A DNA stretch of 61,712 bases, counting the filler. It is 10 parts of 10 records of this genome, joined end to end, with 100 filler letters (N's around TTAATTAATTAA, not from the genome) between each part and the next. Parts side by side here need not be neighbours in the genome. Positions count along the whole stretch, not along the records: positions 7,464 to 12,795 come from SRR31147125_40567; positions 12,896 to 18,049 come from SRR31147125_40645; positions 18,150 to 23,207 come from SRR31147125_40663; 7 more parts are not named here. The stretch is one strand, 5' to 3'. Both the position numbers and the translations under genes were made by a program. Shown here one piece after another: positions 10,782 to 21,988 of this stretch. Each line of letters opens with the position of its first letter. Position 1 is the stretch's first letter. The notes under the pieces are model-generated. The model was given only the letters and a program-made list of their open reading frames with translations, searched no databases and was not told where the DNA came from.

Positions 10782-11567
10782 ATGGAAGAAAAAATGAAAA
10801 AACTCGTTCGATTTAATTTAATTATGGGAAGTGTACACTTCATTCAAGGTGTTATCATGATTTTTCTTGCGACATCAGTGATCCAAACAATCTCTGAGTT
10901 TCAACCAGTGATCACACAAAATTATTTATCATTTAATCAAACAACTCAAAGTTTAGAATTAGCATCAGAAGAATTGTTTACTTTACCGTTTGGTATTATG
11001 GTTGCAAGTTTCTTGTTATTATCAGCACTTGCACATGCCATAATTTCAATACCTAAAAAGACAAGAGAAATCTATATCAAAGATTTAGGGCAAAATATCA
11101 ATCGATTTAGATGGTTTGAATATGCATTTAGTTCATCAATTATGATTGTCTTAATATCAACATTATTTGGTATTTATGACATTGTTTCTCTACTTTTAAT
11201 CTTTGGACTTAATTTCATTATGAATATCTTTGGTCTATATATGGAACTACTTAATAAAGATAGAGATCAAAAAATTAAATGGGGACCATTTGTTTATGGA
11301 TCCATTGCAGGTATCCTTCCATGGATAGCGATATTATCTTATATGTTTGGTACGGGCAATTTTGATATGGTACCTTGGTTTGTATGGGCAATAGTTGGGA
11401 CTTACTTTGTCGCGTTTAATACATTCCCAGTAAACATGGTCCTTCAATATAAGAAGATTGGTAAATGGAAAGATTATCTATATGGTGAACGTGCTTATAT
11501 TATATTAAGCTTAGTTGCTAAAACATTTTTAGCATGGCTCGTCTTATTTGGAGCAATGCAACCATAA
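10782..11567 (+). CDS. heR: Heliorhodopsin
   Basis: HxxQ (VHFIQG), SALAH, NRFRWFEYAFSSSIM and YGERAYIILSLVAK (retinal-binding Lys in SxxxK). Start set at ATG 10782 after GGAGG. Confidence 0.95.
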   Translation: MEEKMKKLVRFNLIMGSVHFIQGVIMIFLATSVIQTISEFQPVITQNYLSFNQTTQSLELASEELFTLPFGIMVASFLLLSALAHAIISIPKKTREIYIKDLGQNINRFRWFEYAFSSSIMIVLISTLFGIYDIVSLLLIFGLNFIMNIFGLYMELLNKDRDQKIKWGPFVYGSIAGILPWIAILSYMFGTGNFDMVPWFVWAIVGTYFVAFNTFPVNMVLQYKKIGKWKDYLYGERAYIILSLVAKTFLAWLVLFGAMQP

Positions 11568-11584
11568 TCATTAAAATATCACAT

Positions 11585-11609
11585 AAAAACAGGCATTTGC
11601 CTGTTTTTT
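11585..11609 (+). terminator. Intrinsic terminator after the heliorhodopsin gene
   Basis: AAAAACAGGCA-TT-TGCCTGTTTTTT. Confidence 0.75.
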
Positions 11610-11703
11610 GATTTTTAATACTTAGAAATATGGAAAATATTGTTTAGTAAACGTTTTTATCATTTGAAATTCTTTAAATTGTGTATAGATTCATGTATAA
11701 TGA

Positions 11704-12795
<1,092 letters not shown>

Positions 12796-12895
12796 NNNNN
12801 NNNNNNNNNNNNNNNNNNNNNNNNNNNNNNNNNNNNNNNTTAATTAATTAANNNNNNNNNNNNNNNNNNNNNNNNNNNNNNNNNNNNNNNNNNNN

Positions 12896-13725
12896 AGGAT
12901 TTTAAAGAAGGAGTATATGAGGCGGCAAGAGATTATAGCTGTGCTATTGAATATAATCCTATTCAGGCCGTGGCGGCGAATGATAAAATGGTCGAGTATA
13001 TCAATATAGCGTCAAAATCGCGCGTTGATGGGATTATAGTTAACGGTGATGGAACAGTAGAGTACGAAAATGCGATTAATAACGCGGCAGATTCTGGAAT
13101 GCCTGTTGTTTTAGGTGGCGTTGAAAGTATTAACAGCACCAAGCTTTCTTATATTGGTACAAATTTTTACGAATACGGTATGGCAGCTGCAAGAGTGATG
13201 TCGAAAATTCCGTGTGAGGGCGATATTGAGGTTGCAGTTATCTTATCCTCTCAGGTTGAAGAAAGAGTTGTAAAAACAGTTGTTCCGCAAAATGATATGA
13301 TGCTTTCTGGTTTGATTAGTTTTATAGAAGTTAGCAATAATATGCATTTAATATCTACGCAGTATAGAGAAAACGACCTTTTAGGTGCTGAGGATTTGAT
13401 GCGAAAAACACTGACAGAAAACCCAGAAGTGGATGTACTTTTTTGCGTTAATGCAAGAGATACAATGGCGGCATCGCGCGTTATAGTAGAACGAAACTTG
13501 GTTGGTAAAGTGTTTGTTGTAGGGACAGATATTACAGATTTGATTAAGAATTATATTGACAAAGGCATAATATTTGGTACTTTAGACCGGAACGGATATG
13601 AAGCCGGTTATAAGAGTGTGGAAATATTGATGAAAAATATGGACGAAAGCTTTAGACCAAGTTATGAAGATATTGATATTGATATATATACAAAAACCAA
13701 TATCGCCTCATATCATGGAAGATAG
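12896..13725 (+). CDS. Sugar-binding protein of the RbsB/XylFII type (sensor accessory); 5' truncated
   Basis: VDGII, YIGTNFYEYG and GYKSVE motifs; frame open to the contig edge; precedes a LytS/YesM kinase. Confidence 0.8.
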
Positions 13726-13867
13726 ATTTTAAACCAAAAAATGTGCAGCCAAATGCATCTAGCCTTAAAAGCCTAACTGTTTATAGTAGCTAAACTTTTA
13801 GAAAAAGGATGGTCATAACAATGAAGAGACTTCTAAAAGGACGTTTTTTAAAAGCATACGCTCAAAG

Positions 13868-15346
13868 ATGATTGGCGTGTTTTTGGTAACTACGCTAGTA
13901 ACAAGCATGACAAGCATCTTTATATTACAAACTTCAAGAAATCTAACTGAAAAAATGGACGAGATGTTTTCCATAAATGTTGAAGTGGAAGAGTTTTTAA
14001 CAATTATGGAAAGCGTTAATGATAATTTGACAAATTATTTAGTATCAGATGATTCGGATAGCGTACTTAATTATCATAAGCAAAAAGATATTTTTGTAGA
14101 AAAAGTCAGCAGCATGTTTGAAAAAACGGAAGATGTATACCGCCAGGATGACTTGATCTATAAAGATATTAGATATATGGTAGAGGCGTATTTGATTGAA
14201 ACAGATGCGGCGATTAATGCAAAACGCTTAAATGATGCTGATGAATATATAAAACGATACTCAGAGGCTGATAAGATTGCTGGATATATTAAGATATATA
14301 TTGACAGATTAAACTTAAGTAGTCTTGATGCTAACACTAACAAATATATAGGTATGACAGATGATTTGAACATGCTTCTGGTGACAAACATGGTGTTGAT
14401 TTTATCAGTTATTCTCGCAAATTTATTTGTTATATTTTATATAACATATGATATAACAAGACCTATTGTAAAACTGGCGCATTCTGCTGAGGAGATGACA
14501 AATGGAAACTTTGACGCTGATGATGTGAAAGTTGAATCGCAAGACGAAATGAAAGTTATGGCTAATGCTTTTAATGAGATGAAGCATAGTATAAAAAGAT
14601 ATATTTCGGATTTGCATGACAAAGCCGAAACAGAAGCCCAGCTTTTTGAACAACAAGTGGATAACTTTAAAATGAAATCTTTGTTGGACGAAGCTGAGCT
14701 TAAAGCACTTCAGATGCAAATTAATCCTCACTTTTTATTTAATACTCTAAATGCAGGTGTTCAGCTTGCTATGATAGAAGGTGCGGATAGAACCACGAAT
14801 TTTTTGGAGGACATTGCCAAGATTTTTCGGTATAATGTAAATAGCCTTGATAGAGTTGTTAAGATCAAAGAAGAAGTGGACATGGTTAGGGCTTACGGAA
14901 ATATGTTTCATGTAAGGTTTGGCGATACAATTAAGTTCGAATACGATATCGATTGTGACCTTTTTGATATAGAAGTACCTCCGCTTATAATTCAGCCATT
15001 TGTTGAAAATTCTACAATTCATGGAATAGGAAACAAAGAAGAAGGTGGAACAATAGGTATAAAAATATATAGACAAGAAGATATAGTGAATATAGAAGTA
15101 AGCGATAATGGCGTTGGAATGAGCGACAAAGTAAAGCAAATGCTTTTAAAAGGTGACTCGGTAGACGCAGGAAAATCTGGGCACACAACAGGTATTGGTA
15201 TATCTAATGTAGTCCATAGATTAAGGCTGTTTTTTAGAGTTGATGATGTTATGGATATTGAAACACAAATAGACAAGGGCACAAAATTTACTTTGAAAAT
15301 ACCATTTGATAATAAAGCGACAGCGGAGGATATAACGGATGTATAA
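13868..15346 (+). CDS. YesM/LytS-type sensor histidine kinase with HAMP domain
   Basis: Two TM helices, HAMP, ELKALQMQINPHFLFNTLN, QPFVENS, DNGVG, GIGISNV. The true start may be 13821 (see findings). Confidence 0.92.
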   Translation: MIGVFLVTTLVTSMTSIFILQTSRNLTEKMDEMFSINVEVEEFLTIMESVNDNLTNYLVSDDSDSVLNYHKQKDIFVEKVSSMFEKTEDVYRQDDLIYKDIRYMVEAYLIETDAAINAKRLNDADEYIKRYSEADKIAGYIKIYIDRLNLSSLDANTNKYIGMTDDLNMLLVTNMVLILSVILANLFVIFYITYDITRPIVKLAHSAEEMTNGNFDADDVKVESQDEMKVMANAFNEMKHSIKRYISDLHDKAETEAQLFEQQVDNFKMKSLLDEAELKALQMQINPHFLFNTLNAGVQLAMIEGADRTTNFLEDIAKIFRYNVNSLDRVVKIKEEVDMVRAYGNMFHVRFGDTIKFEYDIDCDLFDIEVPPLIIQPFVENSTIHGIGNKEEGGTIGIKIYRQEDIVNIEVSDNGVGMSDKVKQMLLKGDSVDAGKSGHTTGIGISNVVHRLRLFFRVDDVMDIETQIDKGTKFTLKIPFDNKATAEDITDV

Positions 15347-16904
15347 ACTTATGGTTGTTGATGACGAACAGATTGCGATTGAATCTGTAAAATATATTGT
15401 AGACAAAGAGATAGATAATATTGAGGTAGTAGAAACTGCAAGATCTGGAAGAGAGGCGATTGAGAAAGTAGCCAACAGCAGACCAGATATAATTATAATG
15501 GATATTCGTATGCCTGGAATAAATGGGCTTGAGGCAGTGAAGGAAATTCAAAACATATATAGAAATATTAAATTTATCATAATATCTGCTTACGAATATT
15601 TTGATTTTGCAAAGCAGGCAGTTGAGTTGGGTGTTGAGGAATATTTAACTAAGCCAGTTAATAAACAAAGCTTAATACTAACGTTAAAAAAAGTCACTGA
15701 TCTTTTGGATAAAAATCAATTAAAGTTAAGCTATGAGCTTGAAGTAAAAGAGAAAATTGATAAAATGCTTACTGTCGTTGAACATAGTTTTATCTATTCG
15801 TTAATGCTTAATTATAGTGATGTTTTTGATATTGGTAAATATCGTGAGCTCTTTGATATTTCATGCGAGCACGGATATATTTTTATTTTAAGGATAAACA
15901 ACATTGGTTCAAAGGTAAGTGCGCCATCCGGTATGGTGAGTCAACATTTTTACTCTGAGTTTAAAGATGAAATAAAATATTTGAGCAAATGTATTGTGGG
16001 TCCTGTGATGTTGGATAGAGTTGTTGTTTATGTTGCTAAAGATCCTAAAGATGAGTATGTGCAAAGAGTTGAAGCTATAGATATGCTTGAAAAAGTTATA
16101 ACAAAACTTCGAAACAAATATAAATTAGAATTTAGCGCAAGTATAGGCAGTGTAAAACTAAACGACGAAATAGTATTTTCGTATCAAGAGGCATTAAAAG
16201 CACTTGATTATTGTAAAGGTCAGAAAGTTATGCATATTAAAGATGTATCTTTTGGAATAGAAGAAGAGATAACAGGTGATGTTGATAAACTTATTAAGTG
16301 TATTGAAATTGGTGAATCCAGTTTGTGCGTTAATATTTTAGGTGATATATTTAACAAGAACCCTAATTTTTTTGAAAAAGATAATATAAAAAATAGGCTT
16401 ATAGAGTTGATTGTTACAGCACACAGGATAGCATTTGAAAACGGTATTAGTGCTGATGAGTATTTAGATTATAGTACTTATATAAACAAAATGTTAAAGC
16501 TAGATAATAAACATAAGTTTGAAGAGATGTGTATAGGTAAGATTGGGTATATTGCAAATAAAATCAACCAAAACAAGCAGCAAAATATGTGTGAGATTGT
16601 TGATAAAGCTAACGAGATAATAGAAGAAAATTTTGACCAAGAGCTTACATTGGATGATATTTCTAAACAGCTAAGTGTAAGCCCTCAATATTTTAGCAGA
16701 CTGTATAAAGAACAAATGGGCATCAATTTTATTGAAAGATTAACAAGTGTACGCATTGATCATGCAAAAAAAATGATGAAACAGGGTGTGCATTCAATAA
16801 AAGAGATATGTTTCGAATCAGGATATAATGACCCGAATTATTTTTCTAAACTTTTTAAAAAGCACGAAGGTGTATCCCCTTCAACGTTTATGAAGAACAT
16901 ATAA
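15339..16904 (+). CDS. YesN-type response regulator (REC + AraC HTH)
   Basis: N-terminal VVDDE/MDIRMP/YLTKP receiver domain; C-terminal YFSRLYK...GYNDPNYFSKLFKK AraC domain. Confidence 0.93.
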   Translation: MYKLMVVDDEQIAIESVKYIVDKEIDNIEVVETARSGREAIEKVANSRPDIIIMDIRMPGINGLEAVKEIQNIYRNIKFIIISAYEYFDFAKQAVELGVEEYLTKPVNKQSLILTLKKVTDLLDKNQLKLSYELEVKEKIDKMLTVVEHSFIYSLMLNYSDVFDIGKYRELFDISCEHGYIFILRINNIGSKVSAPSGMVSQHFYSEFKDEIKYLSKCIVGPVMLDRVVVYVAKDPKDEYVQRVEAIDMLEKVITKLRNKYKLEFSASIGSVKLNDEIVFSYQEALKALDYCKGQKVMHIKDVSFGIEEEITGDVDKLIKCIEIGESSLCVNILGDIFNKNPNFFEKDNIKNRLIELIVTAHRIAFENGISADEYLDYSTYINKMLKLDNKHKFEEMCIGKIGYIANKINQNKQQNMCEIVDKANEIIEENFDQELTLDDISKQLSVSPQYFSRLYKEQMGINFIERLTSVRIDHAKKMMKQGVHSIKEICFESGYNDPNYFSKLFKKHEGVSPSTFMKNI

Positions 16905-16940
16905 GTTTTTACAATTTCATTTTGTTTTAGGAGGTAGGAG

Positions 16941-17981
16941 ATGAGAAGAATTACAGTTTTTGTTTTTTGCTGTGTCATGTTTTTTTGTTGTGGATGTTCA
17001 AGTGAGGAAACTTTCACAAATGATGATGGTGTAGTGAAAATAGGTTTTATACCTGAAACAATGACAGTTGAAAGGTGGCAGAGAGATAGAGATATTTTTG
17101 TTGCTAAAGCAAAGGAATTAGGTGCAGAAGTCATTGTTAAAAATGCTTATGAAGATAGCCAATTACAGATAGAAATTGGAAAAGAAATGATAGAGCAAGG
17201 TGTGGATGTTCTTGCTATTGTTGTATACGATAAAGATAGTTTGGTAAAATTTGTGGAGTATGCACATGACAATAATGTTAAAGTAATCGCATACGATCGG
17301 ATGATTAAGAATGCTAATGTAGATTTGCATATTTCGTTTGATAATGTAAAGGTAGGAGAGCTTCAAGGCAGCGCTATAACGAGAAATGTACCGCAAGGAA
17401 ACTATATTATATTGAATGGTTCGCAAACGGATAACAATGCATTTATGTTTAGAGAAGGCTATATGAGCGTAATACAGCCGCTTATAGATGAAGGCGACAT
17501 AACAGTTGTTGCCGAAACATGGATAGACGCATGGCGCGATGAGCTTTCTTACGAATACGTGAGTGAAGTAATAAGTAACGAAATAGAATTTGATGCGATT
17601 TTGGCGGCTAATGACCGCGTTGCCGAAGGAGCGGTTAATGCCCTTTCTGAAAACAGATTGATTGACGATGTTTACGTTACTGGACAAGATGCGGAGCTTG
17701 CTGCTACTCAAAGAATAGTTGAGGGTACGCAGGATATGACTGTTTATAAGCCTATCAAAGTTTTGGCAGAAGGTGCTGCTGAAATTGCAGTTAAGATGGC
17801 AAAAGGAGAAGATATAAACGTTGAAAAAACTATTTTTGATGGGAAATATAATATTCCGTATATTGATTTTTTACCTATTAGTGTAAATGCATTAAACATA
17901 AAGGATACTGTTATTGCGGATGGATTTTATACAGTGGAGCAAGTTTATGCAAATGTAGAAAAGAGTATGTGGCCCAAATAG
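16941..17981 (+). CDS. XylF/ChvE-like sugar ABC transporter substrate-binding lipoprotein
   Basis: Lipoprotein-like signal; ERWQRDRD, IAYDR, SFDNVKVG, TGQDAE, MTVYKP. Confidence 0.88.
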   Translation: MRRITVFVFCCVMFFCCGCSSEETFTNDDGVVKIGFIPETMTVERWQRDRDIFVAKAKELGAEVIVKNAYEDSQLQIEIGKEMIEQGVDVLAIVVYDKDSLVKFVEYAHDNNVKVIAYDRMIKNANVDLHISFDNVKVGELQGSAITRNVPQGNYIILNGSQTDNNAFMFREGYMSVIQPLIDEGDITVVAETWIDAWRDELSYEYVSEVISNEIEFDAILAANDRVAEGAVNALSENRLIDDVYVTGQDAELAATQRIVEGTQDMTVYKPIKVLAEGAAEIAVKMAKGEDINVEKTIFDGKYNIPYIDFLPISVNALNIKDTVIADGFYTVEQVYANVEKSMWPK

Positions 17982-17994
17982 ATGCTTCATATTT

Positions 17995-18020
17995 AAAAAC
18001 CCCCAATCATATGGGGGTTT
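17995..18020 (+). terminator. Probable terminator hairpin after the XylF-like gene
   Basis: AAACCCCCA...TGGGGGTTT inverted repeat. Confidence 0.6.
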
Positions 18021-18275
18021 CAGACCGTCGATAAAGGGCACAAATGCAANNNNNNNNNNNNNNNNNNNNNNNNNNNNNNNNNNNNNNNNNNNNTTAATTA
18101 ATTAANNNNNNNNNNNNNNNNNNNNNNNNNNNNNNNNNNNNNNNNNNNNGAATTTCACCTGTATATCTGCGAGATTCCGTACCACCTGCATGAATCATTG
18201 GCTATACAACATGTATCACAGAATACGTTTTTCACGTCACTTTTTTTGCTCACTGAAGCTCTGCTATCTTAAATT

Positions 18276-18941
18276 TTATAGAATTCCAAACATCACACTA
18301 ACAGAAATATTGAACGTATTAAAATTTTCCTCAATATCCTCCTTGCCAAAAAGAGAATTAAAATTATATTTGGCACTGACATCCACATCAATGGTCGGCA
18401 ACAAGGTGAAATCCAAACCCGCACCGATACCGAGTCCGTACCGACTCTCACCATCAGACTTGACTGTTGTAGAACCACCCGGATAATTGATTATGAATTC
18501 GCTATCGCCAAAAGAACTTATGAGAAAATCCGCTGCCAGATATGGAGAAAGCGGTCCTGGTATCAAACGCCGCTCGATACCAACACTCATAGTGAGTAGG
18601 CTTAACTTTTGTTCTCCATCGGCATCCACAATAGCCAGCGAAGATGTGGGTGGCAACTCATAATTGACAGGTCCCTCTCCTTTATAGGAGAAATACTGTA
18701 CCTGTCCTGTAATCGTAAAAGGAAAAAGTGGCAGACCCAGTTTCGCCTTGCCGCCCAAAAAATTCTCGGAATCAAATCCAAATCCCCCGTCCTTGAGATC
18801 CTTTGTATAGATATCGGCACCTGTCACAGTACTCATACCTGCAGTTGGCCCAAATCGTAAGATTTTGGCTTCAACACGTTGAGAGACAAAGACAAAAACA
18901 GCAACCACAACGACATAAAAAATCCTCTTTTTCATGATCAT
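18276..18941 (-). CDS. Outer-membrane beta-barrel (porin-family) protein
   Basis: Signal peptide, alternating amphipathic strands (YGLGIGAGLDF, FNISVSVMFGIL), AGGAGG ribosome-binding site. Confidence 0.75.
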   Translation of the reverse strand: MIMKKRIFYVVVVAVFVFVSQRVEAKILRFGPTAGMSTVTGADIYTKDLKDGGFGFDSENFLGGKAKLGLPLFPFTITGQVQYFSYKGEGPVNYELPPTSSLAIVDADGEQKLSLLTMSVGIERRLIPGPLSPYLAADFLISSFGDSEFIINYPGGSTTVKSDGESRYGLGIGAGLDFTLLPTIDVDVSAKYNFNSLFGKEDIEENFNTFNISVSVMFGIL

Positions 18942-19316
18942 TCCTCCTTAGATGATGAACAGGCAATAAACAGTTCCGAATCTGTTAATACAATGTTGAG
19001 TGGGGCGCACCCTCTCAACGTTTTGTGGTTTCATTGACAATGGATTATCTGGTATTTGCTAATTAAAACGCCCATTTTTAAAACTATATTTAACTAATAT
19101 TCATCGGAAACACAAATAAAATATGAGCATGGACCACTTTTTAAACTGTTATTTATTGTCAATTGATCCATTCTTTTATCATTTTTTTCAAGGCAGGATA
19201 ACTATCCGGAAAGAAATAATAAATGTTGGTAAATGAAATATCCTTTGCAATAAACGATTTTATTTATGTCCCGATCCCAGGCAATCCCGGAAAGAAACAA
19301 TCATAACAAACAACTT

Positions 19317-19733
19317 TCATTTAAAAGGATCCCCTTTTCCGGTTTCACAATAATTTTTCAGGCTCACCATATACCGGCCCCAGTGATAATTGCAGCTCGC
19401 ATAAAAGTCGGTTGTTTTCTGCCAATGAGTATGAGCAAATCGAAGAACCGTAAAATCGCTCTTTTCTTCCAAATCAAAAATAAAACGCGTGCCAATCCAT
19501 TCCTTATCACCCTGTATACACTCCCATTCGACCTCTCTATTGGCTACAAGACGGAGAATTCGCATTTTATCATGGTAAATGTCACCAAACCTGAATTCGG
19601 CGATGGAACCAACTGTTGCCTCTGCAATGGTATCAACTGTCCACCAGCCAGCCAGGCCTTCCTGCTCGGTAATAGCTTTATAGACGACATCACTGGGAGC
19701 CTTTATAGTCAGCAAAAACTTCATTTCAGCCAT
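19317..19733 (-). CDS. SRPBCC/AHSA1-like domain protein
   Basis: IKAPSDVVYKAIT...GLAGWWT...LRFAH...WGRYMVSLKNYCETGKG. Confidence 0.88.
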   Translation of the reverse strand: MAEMKFLLTIKAPSDVVYKAITEQEGLAGWWTVDTIAEATVGSIAEFRFGDIYHDKMRILRLVANREVEWECIQGDKEWIGTRFIFDLEEKSDFTVLRFAHTHWQKTTDFYASCNYHWGRYMVSLKNYCETGKGDPFK

Positions 19734-19799
19734 AATGGCATCTTCCTCTTTGTAATTTCAAAGTGAGTCACAAATAAAAACGTAATTCTTATCCTGATT

Positions 19800-20615
19800 T
19801 CAATATCCGGTTATATTAATATTCCCGTTCACTGTTCTCAGCGCGATCGTTCCTTTGCCATCTCCGATCGTCCCGCTCAATGACGTTGGTGAAACCACCT
19901 GATTATTGACCACAAGATTCGTCACCAATATGGTTCCGGTGGTCACATTTGCTGTCATGGCTGCAGAGGTGGTCTGCGGTATGGAAAGACTGATAGCACC
20001 ATTGGTGGTGCGTAGATCCATTGTTTCATTTAAAGGTAATTTTATATTGCCAATAATACTACCATTAATGATTTGGGCAAAAACATTACCAACGATATTA
20101 TCTAATTCGATTTCCCCGTTCACATTACTGACTGTAATCGCATTACCAATGGATTCTATGTCAATTGTTCCATTAATCTGAAGGACAAATAATATAAAAT
20201 TCTCCGGCACCGTAATATCATAATCCACCACAAAATTTCGTCCACCGGTTTCCTGCGGCTGGACAGTCCCGATAAAAAACTCATTGGTCAGATCCTGAAC
20301 ATTAACCAACAAGTTTTGCAAATTCTCTTCTGCATCCTCCAGGCTCTCGGATCCAACACTTCTTTGACCAGTAATTCTCATGGAATCTGTCTCCGCAACT
20401 CCGTTAATAGTGATCGTCCCATTTATGGCTTCCATAACAATTTGAGTCTGATCCACGATCGGCACGCTAAGTGAGAAAGCCTCTTTTGCTACAAAGTTGG
20501 TATTGCTAACATTAAAACCAGGTACAACAGGATTGTCATCTGTTTTACAATGAAACCAGACAGGAAGTGAGGCTATGATAACAAGCACAAAGAAGCGATA
20601 TAAAAGGCTATACAT
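19800..20615 (-). CDS. DUF4097 family beta-strand-repeat protein (probable lipoprotein)
   Basis: Repeated (T/I)NGxI motifs, VDYDITVP, C-terminal LRTVNGNINI. Confidence 0.8.
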   Translation of the reverse strand: MYSLLYRFFVLVIIASLPVWFHCKTDDNPVVPGFNVSNTNFVAKEAFSLSVPIVDQTQIVMEAINGTITINGVAETDSMRITGQRSVGSESLEDAEENLQNLLVNVQDLTNEFFIGTVQPQETGGRNFVVDYDITVPENFILFVLQINGTIDIESIGNAITVSNVNGEIELDNIVGNVFAQIINGSIIGNIKLPLNETMDLRTTNGAISLSIPQTTSAAMTANVTTGTILVTNLVVNNQVVSPTSLSGTIGDGKGTIALRTVNGNINITGY

Positions 20616-20795
20616 GACACGGCCTCCTCATTTTGTTTTAATTCATGTATTGAGAAAAAATACATTATATACTGGTCAGGTCACAAAGTAACAATCCCCC
20701 GGAAAATCAACATGTGCGAAATGTAATTCTGAACCTATAAAACAATCCAAAAGAGTCGGAAATTTCTCTTATTTAAATCACACAAATGAATATTT

Positions 20796-21905
20796 ATGAT
20801 ACCATATCTTCTTATTTTTATCGATAGCCTTCCCTTTGATCTTTTACCGGAAACACCATTTTTAAACTCTTTACCGGTCAAGTCAAGAGTTGTACCCGGC
20901 ATAGGATATAGCGATACGTGTCAAACAGAACTATTCAGCGGCCGATCACCCGATGACATGGGATATTTTGGCTCCTGGATCTTTGATCCTCATGATTCAC
21001 CCTTTAAATGTTGGAGACAACTTTTTGATATAGCGGGAATCGCTTCCCGATTCTACAAACTTGACCGTCTTTTGCACCGAATTTTACACAAATTGTCCGG
21101 CTTACCAATAAAAAACATTCCTTTGCACTATCTGAGCTATTTTAGTCATCCCTATGTGAGTGTTTTTGATAATCACTTTCCATTTGACTCTATTTTAAAG
21201 CCGAATAACATAATTGGAATCTATTCCCAATCATTTAGCAACGTGCCCTGGACCAGGGTAGATGAGCACGTCTATTTCCAGGCTCAACAAAAAATCCCAT
21301 CTCTGTCACATAACAATCATTTATTCATTTCCATGACCAAACTGGACGCCACAGGTCACATTTATGGTCTCAACTCGAATGAATACCAGAATAAAATCCG
21401 TGAACTGGATGGCTGGATCCAGGATCTTTACGAACGATTTACGCACCGCTTTCCTACGGCAGAACTCGTTGTCTTGTCGGACCATGGAATGGTCGATGTA
21501 TCTCAAATTATTTACCTTCAGCTTGAGAAACTATTTGGTAAACCTAATCTGAAACACTATGTTTATTTTCTGGATGGAACCCTGCTTAGGATCTGGGTAA
21601 AATACACATCATTACAACAGGAACTGGAAAATTATCTGGATAATCTCCCCATTGGGAACAGATTAACAAACACAGACCGGAAAAATTATGGTGTAGCATC
21701 CAGGGATTTTGCAGACATAATCTATCTTATTAACGAATCTCTGATGTTTGTCCCCAGCTTTTGGGGTAACCATCCTTCAAAAGCCATGCATGGATATTTT
21801 CCAGCCAATCATTCTCAACATGGTATTTTACTCATGTCTAAAAATAACAATCCTTACGGAATCCCCCAAAAACACTGCGGAGTACAAAGGTATATACGAT
21901 TATAA
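20796..21905 (+). CDS. Alkaline phosphatase superfamily protein (type I phosphodiesterase/NPP-like)
   Basis: IFIDSL, LDATGHIYG, LSDHGM and AMHGY metal-ligand motifs; next to a glycosyltransferase. Confidence 0.8.
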   Translation: MIPYLLIFIDSLPFDLLPETPFLNSLPVKSRVVPGIGYSDTCQTELFSGRSPDDMGYFGSWIFDPHDSPFKCWRQLFDIAGIASRFYKLDRLLHRILHKLSGLPIKNIPLHYLSYFSHPYVSVFDNHFPFDSILKPNNIIGIYSQSFSNVPWTRVDEHVYFQAQQKIPSLSHNNHLFISMTKLDATGHIYGLNSNEYQNKIRELDGWIQDLYERFTHRFPTAELVVLSDHGMVDVSQIIYLQLEKLFGKPNLKHYVYFLDGTLLRIWVKYTSLQQELENYLDNLPIGNRLTNTDRKNYGVASRDFADIIYLINESLMFVPSFWGNHPSKAMHGYFPANHSQHGILLMSKNNNPYGIPQKHCGVQRYIRL

Positions 21906-21988
21906 AATCATTACTCTGTCAATAAATCGCTTTTTTCTTTTAACATTAACACTGTTTTTTTTGTCAGATATTAACATCAGGCATAGTT

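Noticed and set aside
9885-11567. Heliorhodopsin as part of the FMN-riboswitch transcript
   Set aside because: heR has its own extended -10 element and ribosome-binding site. Read-through from ribU cannot be excluded but is not supported by the sequence alone.
18995-19019. Hairpin GTTGAG-TGGGG..CCC-TCTCAAC upstream of the barrel gene as a riboswitch
   Set aside because: No match to any aptamer consensus I recognise; it is a single short stem.
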